Both the position numbers and the translations under genes were made by a program. From Pocillopora damicornis (Eukaryota), in NCBI RefSeq assembly GCF_003704095.1, contig NW_020843538.1, positions 1-64,000 on the forward strand: a stretch of 64,000 nt of DNA. Direction: 5' to 3'. The notes beneath the pieces were generated by a model. That model saw nothing but the letters and a program-made list of their open reading frames with translations. It searched no databases and had not been told where the DNA came from. Positions 61,855 through 64,000 of the stretch are shown here, piece after piece. Every line of letters begins with the position of its first letter. Positions within the stretch are counted from its first letter, which is position 1.

Positions 61855-63595
61855 ATGGAGTTTGTGGAGTATATCAAATCACCGCGTGTTGACAATGTGT
61901 ATCTCAAGCGCAGAGGATTAGCTTATCTGGAAGGAACTTTGTGCGTGACAGGTCATCACTTGATCTTCTCTTCTAGAACAGAACACAAGGATGAGCTCAT
62001 TGTAAGTCACTTACTAATAACAATAGCTAGCAAATCATTTTCATACGAACTGATTGAGTTACTTGAAAAGATTACAAAGTATTCAGAGTCAAACTTGTGA
62101 TCTGGTTAATGTTTAACTTCAGTATTATGACGTTCAAAGTTCCCCAGGGTATACTCCTTGTGGCCTTTTTGGTTTTTATGGTTGAAGGTTTTTGAGGTGA
62201 TTTTTGCTAACTCTTCAAGCTTGTTCTAAAAGATCCAAGAGAGGGGCACATCTGCTGAAAAAAGGAAAGAAATTATTGATAATTTTCAGAACCAACTATC
62301 TGAATATTTACCTTCATTTCCAAATGCAAATATGAAAAACATTTCTTATCATTTGAAGAGTTGTCCTGGTAACCCAATTTAACCAGTTGATATGAAGCCT
62401 GAAAATCCAAAAGCAATGAATTGAAAAATAATTTGAGAGATACCACAGTTTCTATTGAAAATTAAGCCTGAAAATGTGTCCCCAATTTACTAAGGCTGAA
62501 CATCAGAATATCCATTCACTAGTTGTATATCACTGAATTTGAAGTACACCTTGTTGGATAAGTAATGTAGCATTCAACAGTTTCATCCAAAATTATGCTA
62601 TCTTAGATAGAGATCTACAAGCAAGTGACAAAATTATTCCAACAGTCAACCCTTTAACCTCCAAGATCTCCTTTGTAATTCTCCTTACTGTCCGTTATAC
62701 AGTTCTTGTGATGTTAGTTTTGAGAATTTGGTATTGGATCAACTAACAATCCTCTAACTGATATTTTTCTTTATTCTCATCACTTGCCTGCTTGATATTG
62801 TATTGATATTGCAAGGAGAAATTCTGTCTTGGTTACCCATGGGAGTTAAAGGGTTAAACTGCAATCAAGATAGTTATTGGGAAAGAAGCCTTCTCCAGGC
62901 TTTGATAAGGATTCAACTTGTGCCTGTCACATGATAGTTTGAACCCTGTCCATGNNNNNNNNNNNNNNNNNNNNNNNNNNNNNNNNNNNNNNNNNNNNNN
63001 NNNNNNNNNNNNNNNNNNNNNNNNNNNNNNNNNNNNNNNNNNNNNNNNNNNNNNGTTCATTCCCCAGAAAATACAAATCTGAGATATCCTTTTTTCTACC
63101 GACACCTAAGAGCCATTGATGAAGATGGTTGGGATTTATTTAGTACAGAAATGGAATTCTCAAAACTCTCTGCATTGACACAGGGCTGGAGAATCAGTCA
63201 TGTGAACAGTAATTATGAGGTAAGTCCTTTGTAAGTTATAAATTGCAGATATATAACAACAAAAGAAGGCACCTCAGCAGAAGAGGATTGTTTAATAAAT
63301 TCTCTACCATATTTTATGTCTTCTTTAAACTAGATATGAAAAAGCCCTGTGTAAAATGTATTTAAAAAAATAAAGATATTTTCAAAGGAAGAGAAAAGGG
63401 AAATAAGTTAAATTGGAAACTTGCTTGGAGACCATCTTAAAGCCTTTGTAAACACTTTTTTTTCAGGTATGCCCAAGCTATCCAGCTAGTGTTGTAGTAC
63501 CTGCAAAGATGTCAGATGATACTCTGAAGGCATCTGCTCAGTTTAGACAGTCTGGAAGATTTCCTGTTCTTAGCTACTATCACAAACGAAATGGG
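61855..63595 (+). CDS. MTMR9: Myotubularin-related protein 9, 5' part; continues beyond the window
   Basis: Exons 61855-62001 (MEFVEYIKSPRVDNV..EGTLCVTGHHLIFSSR), 63068-63219 (YPFFYR..EDGW..WRISHVN), 63467-63595 (VCPSYP..FRQSGRFPVLSYYHKRNG). At least one exon is probably hidden in the 62955-63054 gap. Confidence 0.9.
62646..62857. mobile_element. piggyBac-type MITE, ~200 bp
   Basis: tcaaccctttaacctcc ... gggagttaaagggttaa in MTMR9 intron 1. Confidence 0.8.
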
Positions 63596-64000
63596 GTGAG
63601 AATATACATTTCATCACTACAGTGGGGAGCCTGATTTAGCACTGCCTTGTGGTACTCATAGTTTGTTTCATAGACTCTGACAATTTAGGTACATGCTTGC
63701 TTTGAATTTGGTTTTGTTTGTCGCGCTTAACATACATGTCAGTATCTGCCGCACACCTCCCTTACATCTATGTATGAATTAATCAGTGACTTTGAATTAG
63801 TTTACTCTGTGTTGAAGTATGAATGCATGCACTTTATTTTACTGTGAATGAGGACAGTATTAAACTCATTTCAGTACAACAATTTTTCTTACAGCTGTCT
63901 CTGCTCTAGGATCTTACTTAATTTTTGTTTTAGGGCTGATGTTAAATTGTAACTTAATGAACATTCTGTTGTTTACAGAACAGCTTCTCTTTCAAAACAA

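Overview
Eukaryotic, AT-rich, intron-rich animal DNA. Gene content and repeat families suggest a cnidarian, most likely a scleractinian coral (inference). There are four assembly gaps (4844-4979, 38110-38207, 44873-45223, 62955-63054). Manual splicing gives: (A) a minus-strand HEPN-like/coiled-coil/ankyrin gene running off the left edge; (B) a divergent paralog with the same ankyrin exon cassette but a Mind-bomb-type Mib/HERC2-ZZ-Mib/HERC2 N-terminus and no RING; (C, D) two head-to-head GT43 glucuronosyltransferase (B3GAT-like) paralogs with identical intron phases; (E) a secreted PAN/apple-EGF-fibrinogen-like protein; an intact single-exon fem-1 homolog with two inverted pseudogene copies; a four-exon UQCC2 absent from the ORF track; and the 5' part of MTMR9. 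Non-coding features include a solo LTR with its empty site preserved in a tandem duplicate, TTAA/piggyBac-type MITEs, a Crypton-like relic, tRNA-derived repeats, and a minimal hammerhead ribozyme inside an inverted repeat. The best candidate for an undescribed system is the A/B pair: one ankyrin chassis fitted with alternative N-terminal modules (a putative HEPN RNase versus a Notch-ligand-binding-type MZM), plus an unexplained non-ankyrin domain inserted in the ankyrin array. All family assignments come from recalled motifs, not database searches.
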